DNA of 64,000 bases from Candidatus Latescibacterota bacterium (GCA_965237675.1 OZ250150.1:4768001-4832000); one strand, 5' to 3'; positions 50,125 through 60,220 are shown, counted from the first letter of the stretch. A program made the numbers and translations. Notes: generated by a model not told the origin, from the sequence alone.

Positions 50125-51576
50125 CTACGCGCGCCGGTTCGCCCTCAACACCGGCTTCCGTGCGGCCGTTGCTTCATCCAGCCGCCGTACGGGCGTGTTG
50201 TGGGGCGCACAGCGCAACAGGTCGGGGTCCTCTTTTGCTTCTCGGGCGATCCGGATCATGGCTTCGATAAACTCGTCAAGCTGTTCGAGGCTCTCGGTCT
50301 CCGTCGGCTCGATCAACATCGCCTCCGGCGCCACCCTCGGCAACGGAAAATAAATCGTGGGTGGATGGTGCCCATAATCGATCAGTCTCTTCGCAATATC
50401 CAGCGCGCTCACCCCATTGGCCTTTTTCTGTCGAGACGCCGAGAACACCATTTCATGCATGGGCTGCGCCGATTTCGGGCGATCAAAGTAGGCATCCAGC
50501 CTGCTGGCGATATAATTCGCATTCAAAACGGCCATCTCGCTCGTGCGGCGCATACCTTCCGCACCCAACATTCTGGCGTATACGAAGGCGCGGATCACCA
50601 TCCCGAAATTACCGTAGAAGGAACTCACCTTTCCGATCGACTGCGGGCGATCGAAATCCAGCCGGAAGAGATCGCCTCCTTTTGTGACGACAGGGAGCGG
50701 CAAATACCGCAGCAAAGCTTCCTTCACCCCGACCGGCCCGGACCCGGGGCCGCCACCCCCATGCGGGGTTGTAAAAGTTTTGTGCAAGTTGATATGGACA
50801 ACATCAAAACCCATATCACCCGGCCGGCATTGTCCCAAAAATGCGTTTAAATTCGCTCCATCGTAATAGAGCAGCCCGCCGCCGTCGTGAACCACCTGTT
50901 GAATTTCCAGGATTTCATCCTCAAACACCCCGAACGTATTGGGATTGGTCAGCATCAATCCTGCAACCTGGCTGTTCATCTTCTCTTTCAAATCCGCGAC
51001 ATCCACGGTTCCGCGGTCGGTAGACTTCACTGTCTCCACACGAAAACCGCACATCGCCGCGGTAGCGGGGTTTGTACCGTGCGCCGAATCCGGAATCAAC
51101 ACGATCTGCCGGCTGTCTTTTCTTTCGCAGTGATACGCCGCAATCAATGAGATGCCGACGAACTCTCCCTGCGCTCCGGCCGCCGGCTGAAACGTAAAGC
51201 CGTCCATCCCGGTAACGGCCTTCAATATACCATCCATCTCCCACAGGATCCGTAACGCCGCCTGGGACGACGCCCCATCCGCCAGGGGATGCAATCCGGA
51301 AAAATCGGGAAACCGCGCAACGCGTTCGTGTACCTTGGGATTGTACTTCATCGTACACGAACCCAGCGGATAAAAAGCCGTATCGATGCTGAAATTCATC
51401 GATGAGAGACTCACATAATGGCGCACCAGTTCAAGTTCGCTGACCTCCGGCAACGCCGGCGCGTCATGCCGATACATCCCGTCGGGAATCGGTACTACCG
51501 GGGCGCCAGCATCTGGAAACCTCGTACAACGCCGCCCCTTTTCACCTCTCTCAAAAATCAGGCGATCCTTATCCAT
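50125..51576 (-). CDS. gcvPB: Glycine dehydrogenase (decarboxylating) subunit 2
   Basis: YPLGSCTMKYNP, SAHGTNPA, YYDGANLN, NLHKTF.TPHGGGGPG, EPTETE. Confidence 0.96.
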   Translation of the reverse strand: MDKDRLIFERGEKGRRCTRFPDAGAPVVPIPDGMYRHDAPALPEVSELELVRHYVSLSSMNFSIDTAFYPLGSCTMKYNPKVHERVARFPDFSGLHPLADGASSQAALRILWEMDGILKAVTGMDGFTFQPAAGAQGEFVGISLIAAYHCERKDSRQIVLIPDSAHGTNPATAAMCGFRVETVKSTDRGTVDVADLKEKMNSQVAGLMLTNPNTFGVFEDEILEIQQVVHDGGGLLYYDGANLNAFLGQCRPGDMGFDVVHINLHKTFTTPHGGGGPGSGPVGVKEALLRYLPLPVVTKGGDLFRLDFDRPQSIGKVSSFYGNFGMVIRAFVYARMLGAEGMRRTSEMAVLNANYIASRLDAYFDRPKSAQPMHEMVFSASRQKKANGVSALDIAKRLIDYGHHPPTIYFPLPRVAPEAMLIEPTETESLEQLDEFIEAMIRIAREAKEDPDLLRCAPHNTPVRRLDEATAARKPVLRANRRA

Positions 51577-52919
51577 TAAACCTCTCTCCAGGCATCGACC
51601 AGCCGTGCCAGGTCCGTTTCGGTCTTCGTTTCGGTCAGACAGGTCAGAACGCACCGGTCCAGTTCAGGGTAGAAGCGACCCAGATCTATGCCGCCGGCAA
51701 TGCCTTTTTTTCGTAACGCGCCAAGAACTTCCCGCGCCGGCCGGGTGGTTTCAACCACGAATTCATTAAACGCCGCCCCCGAAAACCTGAGCGAGAGCCC
51801 ATCGACCTCGGCAAGCGCCGCGGCCGCATCGTGGCTTCGGTTCCAGTTCAACCATCCGACTTCCCTCAACCCTTCCGGCCCCAGAGACGAGAGATAGACG
51901 GTTACGGCCGTGGCGCAGAGCGTCTGATTCGTACAGATATTCGAGGTTGCGCGTTCACGGCGAATATGCTGCTCACGCGTCTGCAACGTCATCACAAACC
52001 CGCGCCTTCCCTCCGCGTCGGTGGTCTGCCCGACGACCCGTCCCGGCATCCGGCGGATGTGCTCCTGGCGCGTGGCGAACATCCCCACGTAGGGACCGCC
52101 GTAGGATAGCGGCAACCCCAGAGGCTGGCCGTCGCCGACGACAATATCGGCCCCGAAGTCTCCCGGAGGCCGGATCACCCCCAGAGAAATCGGATTCACA
52201 GCGGCGACGTACGCCGCCCTGCGATTCTGTGCCAAGCCTCCCAGTGCTTCCAGTGGCTCAAGCAAGCCCAGGAAATTCGGATTCTGCACCACCACCGCCG
52301 CAGTGTCGTCGTTCAGATTCGCATCCACCCAATCCAGGTCGACTGTGCCAGCATCCGTCCAGGGAATTTCCACCAGTTCCAGTCCGATACCCCGAACATA
52401 GGTCTCTACCACGCGCCGGTAGAACGGGTGCAGGCTGCGCGGAAGGAGCACGCGGGATCCGCCGTTTATCCGCACCGCCATCAACACAGCCTCCGCAAGC
52501 GCGGACGCGCCGTCGTACATGGAGGCGTTGGCCACCTCCATGCCGGTCAACTCACAGACCATTGTCTGAAACTCGTAAATGGCCCGTAATGTACCCTGGC
52601 TCACCTCCGCCTGATACGGCGTATATGCCGTATAGAACTCGCTGCGCGAAATCATCGCATCGACAACGCTGGGTGTGAAATGCTCGTAAGCCCCGCCACC
52701 CACAAAGGACAGCTCAGGCGCTTGCTCCCGAGCCGATCGGCCAAGTTCCTGAACCAGCCCGAGCGCCTCCATCTCGCTGATTCCGCGTGGCAGATCCAGC
52801 GAGTTCAGGCGGAGGGATTCCGGCACCGGTTCAAACAACGCCTCCGTTGAATCGATCCCGATCGTGTCCAGCATCTTTCGAATATCTCGATCCGTATGTG
52901 GTGTATAATTCACGAACAA
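51576..52919 (-). CDS. gcvPA: Glycine dehydrogenase (decarboxylating) subunit 1
   Basis: YTAYTPYQAEVSQG, NASMYDG, YGGPY, TREQHIRRERATSNICTNQ. Confidence 0.96.
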   Translation of the reverse strand: MFVNYTPHTDRDIRKMLDTIGIDSTEALFEPVPESLRLNSLDLPRGISEMEALGLVQELGRSAREQAPELSFVGGGAYEHFTPSVVDAMISRSEFYTAYTPYQAEVSQGTLRAIYEFQTMVCELTGMEVANASMYDGASALAEAVLMAVRINGGSRVLLPRSLHPFYRRVVETYVRGIGLELVEIPWTDAGTVDLDWVDANLNDDTAAVVVQNPNFLGLLEPLEALGGLAQNRRAAYVAAVNPISLGVIRPPGDFGADIVVGDGQPLGLPLSYGGPYVGMFATRQEHIRRMPGRVVGQTTDAEGRRGFVMTLQTREQHIRRERATSNICTNQTLCATAVTVYLSSLGPEGLREVGWLNWNRSHDAAAALAEVDGLSLRFSGAAFNEFVVETTRPAREVLGALRKKGIAGGIDLGRFYPELDRCVLTCLTETKTETDLARLVDAWREV

Positions 52920-52950
52920 AACCCTGAAATTTGCAACGGTGGACAGGTGT

Positions 52951-53673
52951 CTATTTCTTCAAATACGTATATTCCAGGCGATCCTTCGGGTGCCAATCCA
53001 GAATGCGCTTTGCCTTCTCGTTTAAAAACTGCCCGTGCGGCCGATCCCCGAAAATATTGAAGACCTCGCACCGCGACGGCAATGGGTCCAGTTCAATGGT
53101 CAACCCGGGCAGGAACGCGGCGGCCGCGTCACGCCAGGATACGAGAAACGACCAGTCCCGAGCGGGCCCGGACGACGCGTCGTGATCCCGGAAAATACAG
53201 AACAGGTAACACAACACGTAAACGTCGCAATGCAACGTAAAGATCCGACAAATTTCCTGGCCCAATCCCTTCGAGAGCGCATATAGATTCGTACTGGGTT
53301 TCGGCGGAACATCGGGGCCGATGCCATAGTCCCAAGCGACGTAGGGTTCCCCCTGCACGGTAAAGTGCGGACCCGTATTTATAATCCGACGGATCCCATG
53401 TCTGACCGCTGCACGCATGATATTGTAACAACCCAGCGTGTTGACATCGAATGCGATCTTCCGATGCGGCCGCAAAACGGAAAGGTTGATAATCGCATCC
53501 ATCCCTTCGGCCGCGCGCATGACGGCCTCCGGATCCGCCACATCCACGGGCATCGTTTCATGGGGCGTTTCGAACGGCTCGAGGTCCGTTATCCGGAGCG
53601 AGACGTGCCCCTCCAGGGCCTTCACCACGTGCGGCCCCAACATCCCGTTGCCGCCGTAAATCACGACTTTCAT
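52951..53673 (-). CDS. NAD-dependent epimerase/dehydratase (extended SDR), copy 1
   Basis: GGNGMLG, YALSK; near-identical to the adjacent gene. Confidence 0.9.
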   Translation of the reverse strand: MKVVIYGGNGMLGPHVVKALEGHVSLRITDLEPFETPHETMPVDVADPEAVMRAAEGMDAIINLSVLRPHRKIAFDVNTLGCYNIMRAAVRHGIRRIINTGPHFTVQGEPYVAWDYGIGPDVPPKPSTNLYALSKGLGQEICRIFTLHCDVYVLCYLFCIFRDHDASSGPARDWSFLVSWRDAAAAFLPGLTIELDPLPSRCEVFNIFGDRPHGQFLNEKAKRILDWHPKDRLEYTYLKK

Positions 53674-53701
53674 ATCGATCTCCAGCGTTGGTCAGATTTG
53701 A

Positions 53702-54430
53702 CTACCTGAGTTTTTTCATGTACGTATATTCCAGTCCATCCCTCGGCTGCCACCCCAGGACCCGCTTGGCCTTCGCGTTCGTAAAGTGCCCGTGCGGCCG
53801 GTCGCCGAGAATATTGAATACCTCGCATCTTGACGGCAGACGCTCCAGTGGAATTTTCAATCCGGGGAGGAACGCTTCAGCGGCATCCCGCCACGTCACA
53901 ATAAAAGACCGGTCGTGAACAGGTTGAGAGGATGGGTCGTGATCGCGAAAACTCCAGAACAGGTAACACAGCACGTACACGTCGAAGTTCGAGGTGAAGA
54001 TCCGGCAGATTTCCTGGCCCAATCCCTTGGACAGCGTATACAGATTCGTTCCGGGCCTGGGGGGCACGTCCGGACCGATGTGATAGTCCCAGTCCACGTA
54101 GGGGTCGCCCTGTACGGTAAAGTACGGCCCCGTGTTGATGACGCGCCGGATCCCGTTCCTAACGGCCGCGCGCATCACGTTGTAGCATCCCAGGGTATTC
54201 ACGTCGAACGCGATTTTTCGATGCGGCCGCAAAACGGACAGGTTGATGATCGCATCCATCCCTACGGCCGCGCGCATAACGGCCTCGGGGTCCGCCACGT
54301 CCACGGGCATCATTTCGTGGTGCGTTTCAAACGGCTCCAGATCCGTGATCCGCAGGGACACGCGCCCTTCCAGCGCCCTTACGACGTGCGGCCCCAGCAT
54401 CCCGTTGCCGCCGTAAATTACGACTTTCAT
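53702..54430 (-). CDS. NAD-dependent epimerase/dehydratase (extended SDR), copy 2
   Basis: GGNGMLG, YTLSK; GGAGG RBS. Confidence 0.9.
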   Translation of the reverse strand: MKVVIYGGNGMLGPHVVRALEGRVSLRITDLEPFETHHEMMPVDVADPEAVMRAAVGMDAIINLSVLRPHRKIAFDVNTLGCYNVMRAAVRNGIRRVINTGPYFTVQGDPYVDWDYHIGPDVPPRPGTNLYTLSKGLGQEICRIFTSNFDVYVLCYLFWSFRDHDPSSQPVHDRSFIVTWRDAAEAFLPGLKIPLERLPSRCEVFNILGDRPHGHFTNAKAKRVLGWQPRDGLEYTYMKKLR

Positions 54431-54462
54431 ATCCGCCTCCAGCGTCACGCGGAGCTGACGAT

Positions 54463-55107
54463 TCAGATATCGAGGGCTTTCCTGGCCTGGTCGATGGGAA
54501 ACCTCGCGTTTTCGACCTCCGACTGCACGTGCAGCACCCGCCACATCGGCCCTTCTTTCGTCAGTGCCGATGCGATGGCCCTGACCGCGTCCTTCACCGA
54601 CAACGCAGTGTCTCCGTCGCCGCTGACTTCGCCGAGTCGCAAACACGTTACGCGCACCGAGTGCTCCCGCGCAAACTCACGGCAGGTGAATTCACCCAGG
54701 TACCTCGCCATGGGCGCGGCATCCGTTGACGGCCGCGGCGCCCACTGCTCGGTCACGTTCCAATTCGGATCACATGTCGCAAACAGGCTCAGAGAGCTGA
54801 TGTAGACGACGTGGCCGACCTTCTTCTCCCGGGCGGCATGCAACAGGTTATACGCGCACCTCGTCTGAAAGTCGATTTCGCGTTCGTCGCTCTTCAATCC
54901 TTCGGGCAACTCCGCGAGATGCACGATCGTATCCATCCCATCCACCAGGGATTCCGTCTCTCCATCGTGGCCCAATTCACACTGAAGAAAGGCGAGATCC
55001 GTCGACACGTCCACGACGTCCGTCAACGTCACGTCGTGTTCCCGCGACAGGTCCGCCGCCAATGCCTGAGCCAGCGTTGACCCACCTGAAGTAATCAGTA
55101 CTTTCAT
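54463..55107 (-). CDS. Degenerate NAD(P)-dependent epimerase-like protein
   Basis: MKVLITSGGS, D.IVHLA, YISS; Gly-rich and YxxxK motifs eroded. Confidence 0.8.
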   Translation of the reverse strand: MKVLITSGGSTLAQALAADLSREHDVTLTDVVDVSTDLAFLQCELGHDGETESLVDGMDTIVHLAELPEGLKSDEREIDFQTRCAYNLLHAAREKKVGHVVYISSLSLFATCDPNWNVTEQWAPRPSTDAAPMARYLGEFTCREFAREHSVRVTCLRLGEVSGDGDTALSVKDAVRAIASALTKEGPMWRVLHVQSEVENARFPIDQARKALDI

Positions 55108-55304
55108 AAATCGCTCTCCTGTATTGGGAAGTACGATTGCCGGTCCACCCGCACTCTACCCACATACAAATCGCCGAACGAATCCAGCGGAATATCGCGC
55201 GGGCAGATATCGAAGTGATCGAAAGCCGGCAAGCACCGCATCTGGCAAATCCGGGAAACGGCTCATGGACCATCCGATTCGTCGGCTGGATATTTGCTGT
55301 CGAA

Positions 55305-55628
55305 TTAAACGGCAACGACGCGTTGTTTTCCCGCGCCACTTTCTGACGGAATAATACGGATTTCTATATCTCGATTCAGGCGGGTAAGAAATGTCATCAA
55401 TCGCTCAACGCTGTAATGATTGAACTTGCCCTTCTTTAAACGGGATATTTCCGGTTGCTTCACTCCTAAAACGTCTGCTGCCTCCGCCTGGGTGAGCTTT
55501 CGTTTACCGATAATTTGAAACACTTCAAAACCAAGTGTTGCCTTGAGGAACAATTCATCCGCATCTGGTAGGTCCAGATCTTCAAACACGTTACCTGAGC
55601 TCTTTTCGATTTCAACCCTGTCGCTCAT
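55305..55628 (-). CDS. XRE-family HTH antitoxin (HigA-like)
   Basis: SSGNVFEDL.L, LTQ.EAA..LGV.QP.IS.L..G, S.ERL. Confidence 0.9.
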   Translation of the reverse strand: MSDRVEIEKSSGNVFEDLDLPDADELFLKATLGFEVFQIIGKRKLTQAEAADVLGVKQPEISRLKKGKFNHYSVERLMTFLTRLNRDIEIRIIPSESGAGKQRVVAV

Positions 55629-55986
55629 AGTTCGCCTCCAGTTCCTGCGCTATTCTCATACGTCGCCTGATAAGATCGACCTCTTTCCTGGGAGTCTTAT
55701 TTCCGCGCGTTGATTTTTTCTGAAAACAATGTAGTACATAAACCCTCGCTCCAATTTTCACTGCGTAGACCGCGCGATAAGTGTCCGTTCTGTGTTTCGC
55801 CCGTATCTCGAAAACTCCTGAGCCGACGCCCCTTAATGGTTTGGCTTCGGGGGACATGCTTCCCGCCTGCGCAAAAAACAGAGCGTCACCGATATCCTTC
55901 TGAACCGGCGTCGGAAATTCTTTCAGTTTTGTCTTGGAATCCCCTAGCCACAAGACTACTCTTAAATTTCCTCGCGCCCGAAACAT
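55612..55986 (-). CDS. RelE/ParE-superfamily toxin (HigB/Gp49-like)
   Basis: AKPL.G.G.GVFEIR, TYRAVY, VYVLHCFQKKS..G.KTP; overlaps downstream antitoxin. Confidence 0.9.
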   Translation of the reverse strand: MFRARGNLRVVLWLGDSKTKLKEFPTPVQKDIGDALFFAQAGSMSPEAKPLRGVGSGVFEIRAKHRTDTYRAVYAVKIGARVYVLHCFQKKSTRGNKTPRKEVDLIRRRMRIAQELEANYERQG

Positions 55987-55991
55987 CAAAT

Positions 55992-56020
55992 ATTATAACC
56001 AACTGGCTATAAATTGTCAA
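55992..56020 (-). promoter_or_regulatory. Consensus sigma-70 promoter with overlapping palindromic operator
   Basis: TTGACA-17-TATAAT; inverted repeat TTATAACCA-AC-TGGCTATAA at 55993-56012. Confidence 0.8.
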
Positions 56021-56121
56021 GAGTTTCGATAAAAACAGCGCCCGACAAGACCCTTCTTGTAGAGGCAGGATAGACACGATCAGATTAATAAGATCCGGAT
56101 GGTCGTTCAGGCATGGTTGGT

Positions 56122-56640
56122 TCACAGATATTGATAATACGTTACCTGGGGCTGCGCAATGTTGAATCCCACTTTCTCATAGGCCCGGCGGGCGGGCGCG
56201 TGGCCCTCGTCCAAACCCGTGCCCACGGCCGCAAACCGAAGGCCTTCGGACCGAAAACAGCGCAGGGCATACCGATACATGGCCGTACCTATCCCCTTTC
56301 CCTGTACTTCCGGGGCCACCGCGTTATTCGTGATTCTTCCCATCGATTTCCCGCGATCGATCCGATACGTCAGGAATGCAACCACCTTCCTTCTTTCCAT
56401 TGCCTCAACGACCCTGAACCACTCAGGGAACTGCTCCCAGTGCCGGCGAACCGCGGCTGTTTTCTCTTCCTCCCAATTCGCGCACAGTACTCCGTGCATC
56501 TCCTCTCCCAAAATTTGCGTTGAACTGTCGTGGATCCTTCGCCACGCCTCGCGCGCGATCTCGCCCACCCGATCCATATCCTCCGGAACCGCCTTTCGTA
56601 TTCGAAACCCCGGAGTGAGTTCAGATTCCGGCCGGCTCAT
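56122..56640 (-). CDS. GNAT N-acetyltransferase
   Basis: AVAPE.QGKGIG, A.R.YEKVGF. Confidence 0.88.
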   Translation of the reverse strand: MSRPESELTPGFRIRKAVPEDMDRVGEIAREAWRRIHDSSTQILGEEMHGVLCANWEEEKTAAVRRHWEQFPEWFRVVEAMERRKVVAFLTYRIDRGKSMGRITNNAVAPEVQGKGIGTAMYRYALRCFRSEGLRFAAVGTGLDEGHAPARRAYEKVGFNIAQPQVTYYQYL

Positions 56641-56883
56641 CCAACCTCCTGATTTTTCCGATACGGCGGCAGGTTATTCCTCTGGTGATTGCAGGTCGAG
56701 CAAACCCGTTTCTGAAGCGAACAGCCGGATCGTCGCCGGTTCGGCTTGCTGTGGACGAACGCAAACCTGAGACGTAGGGCCGGGGGCGCCATTTCCATAA
56801 CACAAAGGCGTTGACTTTCGCCCTGAAGCCGATATCTTGAAATTTCACCCAACAACCAGCCAGGCACGAGAGGAGCGCCACGG

Positions 56884-57648
56884 ATGAAGCTTGGAATCGT
56901 CACCTACCAGATCGCCAAAGACTGGGATGTCCCCACACTGATCGACATGTGCCAAACCACGGGGATTCAGGGCGTTGAATTGCGCACCACACACGCCCAT
57001 GGTGTGGAAATCGACCTTTCGCAGGCTAGGCGCAGCGCTGTAAGACGTCGGTTCGAAGACGCGGGAATTGAAATTGTTGGCCTCGGAAGCGTATGCGAAT
57101 ACCATGCACCGGACGCGGAAACGGTGCGTCAGAACATCGACGGGACCGTTGAAACCGCGAAACTCGCTGCGGATCTGGGTTGTCCAGGCGTGAAGGTGCG
57201 TCCCAACGGGCTGCAGACGGACAAAGGTATTCCGGAAGAAAAGACCCTCGAGCAGATCGGGCTCGCCTTAAGGGAATGTGGTAAAGCCGCAGCCGGCCTG
57301 GGCGTCCAGATTCGCGTGGAGGTCCACGGCCGGGATACCTGCGAACCCCGCCGCATGCGCGCCATTGTGGACCATGCCGACCACGACAACGTCTATGTCT
57401 GCTGGAACTCGAACCCCCAAGACGTCGTCGACGGCTCGGTCAAAGCGAGTTTCGACCTGCTGAAACACAAAATCGGGCTTGTGCACATCAATGAATTGGC
57501 CAAATCCGAATACCCCTGGCGGGAACTCTTCGGCCTCCTGAAGGACGAAGGGTACGAGGGTTACACGCTTGCCGAAATCCCCGCCAGCCCGGAACCCGAG
57601 CGCCTGTTGCGCTACTACAGGGCGCTCTGGCAGGCGCTAATGGCTTAA
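56884..57648 (+). CDS. Sugar phosphate isomerase/epimerase (xylose isomerase-like TIM barrel)
   Basis: GVELR, EVHG, WN, VHI.E, GY.G...AE. Confidence 0.85.
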   Translation: MKLGIVTYQIAKDWDVPTLIDMCQTTGIQGVELRTTHAHGVEIDLSQARRSAVRRRFEDAGIEIVGLGSVCEYHAPDAETVRQNIDGTVETAKLAADLGCPGVKVRPNGLQTDKGIPEEKTLEQIGLALRECGKAAAGLGVQIRVEVHGRDTCEPRRMRAIVDHADHDNVYVCWNSNPQDVVDGSVKASFDLLKHKIGLVHINELAKSEYPWRELFGLLKDEGYEGYTLAEIPASPEPERLLRYYRALWQALMA

Positions 57649-57716
57649 TCCGATGCGCAGCCGCGAGCAGCACGTCAACGCCGCGGCCCGTGCTTTCCCG
57701 CCAGTCGGCGTCTTCT

Positions 57717-59621
57717 TTACAGACCGGGCACCCGGAAGCTCCAGACCTCGGAACTATGGGTGAAATAGAGCCGGCCTTTGTGTATTACAATTCCCGCATT
57801 CGCGTTCACCGGGGGCTTCCCCAGCAGGCTGTGTTCGAACGAGCCCGGCTCAATACCAACGATCGCGTTACGAAACAGCGCATAGATCTTATCGTCAGGT
57901 CCCGTCGCCAGGATCCTGGGGGCCTGTTGGCCCGCCAGTTCGCCGTAAGGCAGGTTCTCCTCGCTGTGAACGACCGTCCACGATTCGGGATCGAACACGA
58001 AGAAAGTGGACCCCGAGGCAAGGCCATAGATCAACCCGTCCGGCCCCAGAACCATATCCCGAATTTCCGTGGCGCCAGGCACCACGGCATCCCGAAATAG
58101 CACGCGTTTTTCATCCAGATCCAGGACGTACAACTCGGCCTGCTTCGCCTGCGCCTCTCCTCCCGTACCCGGGCTGATCGTCGTGCCCCCCACAATTTTA
58201 CCGTCGGGCAACGCCACCAGCGATACCGTGCTGTGCGCAGGAAGCAGTTCCTCATGTGTCAGCAGCGTGTGGCTGTCCGTTTCTGTATCCCATATCAGCA
58301 TCCCCCCACCCGTCAATCCATAACCCGGCGTGCCCGTCATGACCAACCGCCGACCGTCCGGATGCGCCAGGAGCGCGTGCGGGCGGATAATTGTCGGACT
58401 CACGGAAACCAATTCGCGGGGGTTCGGATCCGCCGTTGCCTGATCGTCCCACGGCCGAAACGGATCGTATTCCCAGAGCCTGCCGCCCGAATATTCCCCG
58501 CAATAGACCTTATCGCCCTGCACCGCAAGCGCGTTCAGATGTCCGCTCAGATCCCAGAGACCCCGGTGAATGAACGTGTCCGCCTTTACATCGTACGTAT
58601 AGAACCGTAGCGGATGCCCGGTCGAACCGTGAATTTTGCCATCCGGACCTTCCGCGATCGACAGAATGTGTGATCCGGCCGATTCGTAGTCGATATCCAA
58701 CCGCCTGACCGTTCCCCCCTCCCTGATCTCGACGAATTTCTCAGGCAGGTTGATCGTTTCCAACGCCCAGCCCTTCGGGAAATTGTCCAGAATCGCCTCC
58801 TGGCTTCCGGCCAGAATCGGCTGCTCGCCGGCTGGAGCGTCCACGGGGGTCACCACCCCTTCGAACAGTGCCCACCAGGGTCCTTCATGGAAGGGCTTTC
58901 CGTACACCTTTCCGTCTGTCCCCCGGTAGACCGTGGATGCGCCGTGCTGACGTTCCAACTCCGGAATCAACGTGGCGCGCTCCCTGCTTTTCGGATTAAA
59001 CGCCACGATCTGTCCGCGCGTTGCGCCGATGCCCGTGTAAACCCATCCTGCGGAGTCCACCGCGATTGTTCGGGGATACTGCGGCCATTTCTCATGGTTG
59101 AGCGGACCGTAATTCGTGAGTTCACCTGAATCCGGCACGAAGCTCAGCAATTCACAGTTGGGATAAGCGGACGTCCAGACCACGCCGCGATCGTCCTCCG
59201 TAAACGACATGGCGAAATTCGGCGGCGCGTCGGACCAGAACGTGAAGCGACGTGATTCGGCGTCGAACTCCACGAACTTGTCGAAATAGGAATAGAACCG
59301 GTTCCGCGTGGAAAGCAGCACCGCAAACGGTGTGGAGGCCATCCCGAACGGGGTCGGGATCTGATCCACCTTGCCCGATAGGGCATCGATCACAAGAATC
59401 GACCCGCAGCCCCGGTGGTCCATCGGCCACGCCAGAACAATCGGTCGCCCGTCTCCGTCGACGGTTGCCGCCACGCCCCTCGCGCGGGACACGGGCGCCG
59501 CAACGCCATGACGCACGAAACCTTGCCCCTCATCGCCAGTTCCGGCCCCGGCGTGCCCCGGCACTGCCAGCAGAATGGCCGAAAACATAATAACCAATAA
59601 CACGAATAGTACGACGCCCAT
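57717..59621 (-). CDS. Exported beta-propeller repeat protein
   Basis: Signal-like N-terminus; repeated GPDG.IY, F.YDP, G.LY blades; start uncertain. Confidence 0.75.
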   Translation of the reverse strand: MGVVLFVLLVIMFSAILLAVPGHAGAGTGDEGQGFVRHGVAAPVSRARGVAATVDGDGRPIVLAWPMDHRGCGSILVIDALSGKVDQIPTPFGMASTPFAVLLSTRNRFYSYFDKFVEFDAESRRFTFWSDAPPNFAMSFTEDDRGVVWTSAYPNCELLSFVPDSGELTNYGPLNHEKWPQYPRTIAVDSAGWVYTGIGATRGQIVAFNPKSRERATLIPELERQHGASTVYRGTDGKVYGKPFHEGPWWALFEGVVTPVDAPAGEQPILAGSQEAILDNFPKGWALETINLPEKFVEIREGGTVRRLDIDYESAGSHILSIAEGPDGKIHGSTGHPLRFYTYDVKADTFIHRGLWDLSGHLNALAVQGDKVYCGEYSGGRLWEYDPFRPWDDQATADPNPRELVSVSPTIIRPHALLAHPDGRRLVMTGTPGYGLTGGGMLIWDTETDSHTLLTHEELLPAHSTVSLVALPDGKIVGGTTISPGTGGEAQAKQAELYVLDLDEKRVLFRDAVVPGATEIRDMVLGPDGLIYGLASGSTFFVFDPESWTVVHSEENLPYGELAGQQAPRILATGPDDKIYALFRNAIVGIEPGSFEHSLLGKPPVNANAGIVIHKGRLYFTHSSEVWSFRVPGL

Positions 59622-59723
59622 GTGCCAGCATCCTCCATATCCAGGTCTCATCCACCACCAGCGTCGAGCCCGTCAATCGGACTGCCGCCTGATCAGCCAC
59701 GGACCGCCTGGTTCTTGTTGCCA

Positions 59724-59866
59724 TCACCCATCCAGAATACCAACCACCGCCGCCTCCAGTTCAATCGCGTCCCGCTCGGCGGGGGCGCCCACGTGCACAA
59801 TCACCTTACCGCGTCCGGCGGACTTACAATTGCGGGATAGATCCCATCGAAGCCGCCGTTCGCCAT
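59724..59866 (-). pseudogene. Collapsed DHDPS/NAL-family gene remnant
   Basis: GAGGAGG RBS, MANGGFDGIYPAIVSP, then in another frame AGRGKVIVHVGAPAERDAIEL, then EAAVVGILDG-stop. Confidence 0.6.
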
Positions 59867-60220
59867 CCATCCTCCTCAGCCGAAACCGGTTTCACATACG
59901 AATCGAAGCTCAAATATGCCGAGGCCGACCCGGAAAGTCAAGCGCATGCGCGGGCACCCCAGGAAGTTCCGGCGGGTTACCGCGCGGATGCCGGATGACA
60001 CGTGAAAAAAGCCGACCTGTGTTCAGATCGGATAGAGAAGAGGGCTCAGGTGTATCTTTGAATATTGGATACATTTCAGACAGTGACATTTACGTGACGC
60101 CGGAACCGTTGTCTCTTTGAGTTTATTACGAGGAGCGGAAATAGTTGACGGTTTTTTCCTCTGCTACAAAGGAGGATGTAAACCATACGGTGTTCCCCGA
60201 ACCTGTGGCCCTTAGCCGCT

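Noticed and set aside
56641-56800. Another possible gene remnant upstream of the GNAT gene
   Set aside because: No frame gave a recognisable motif.
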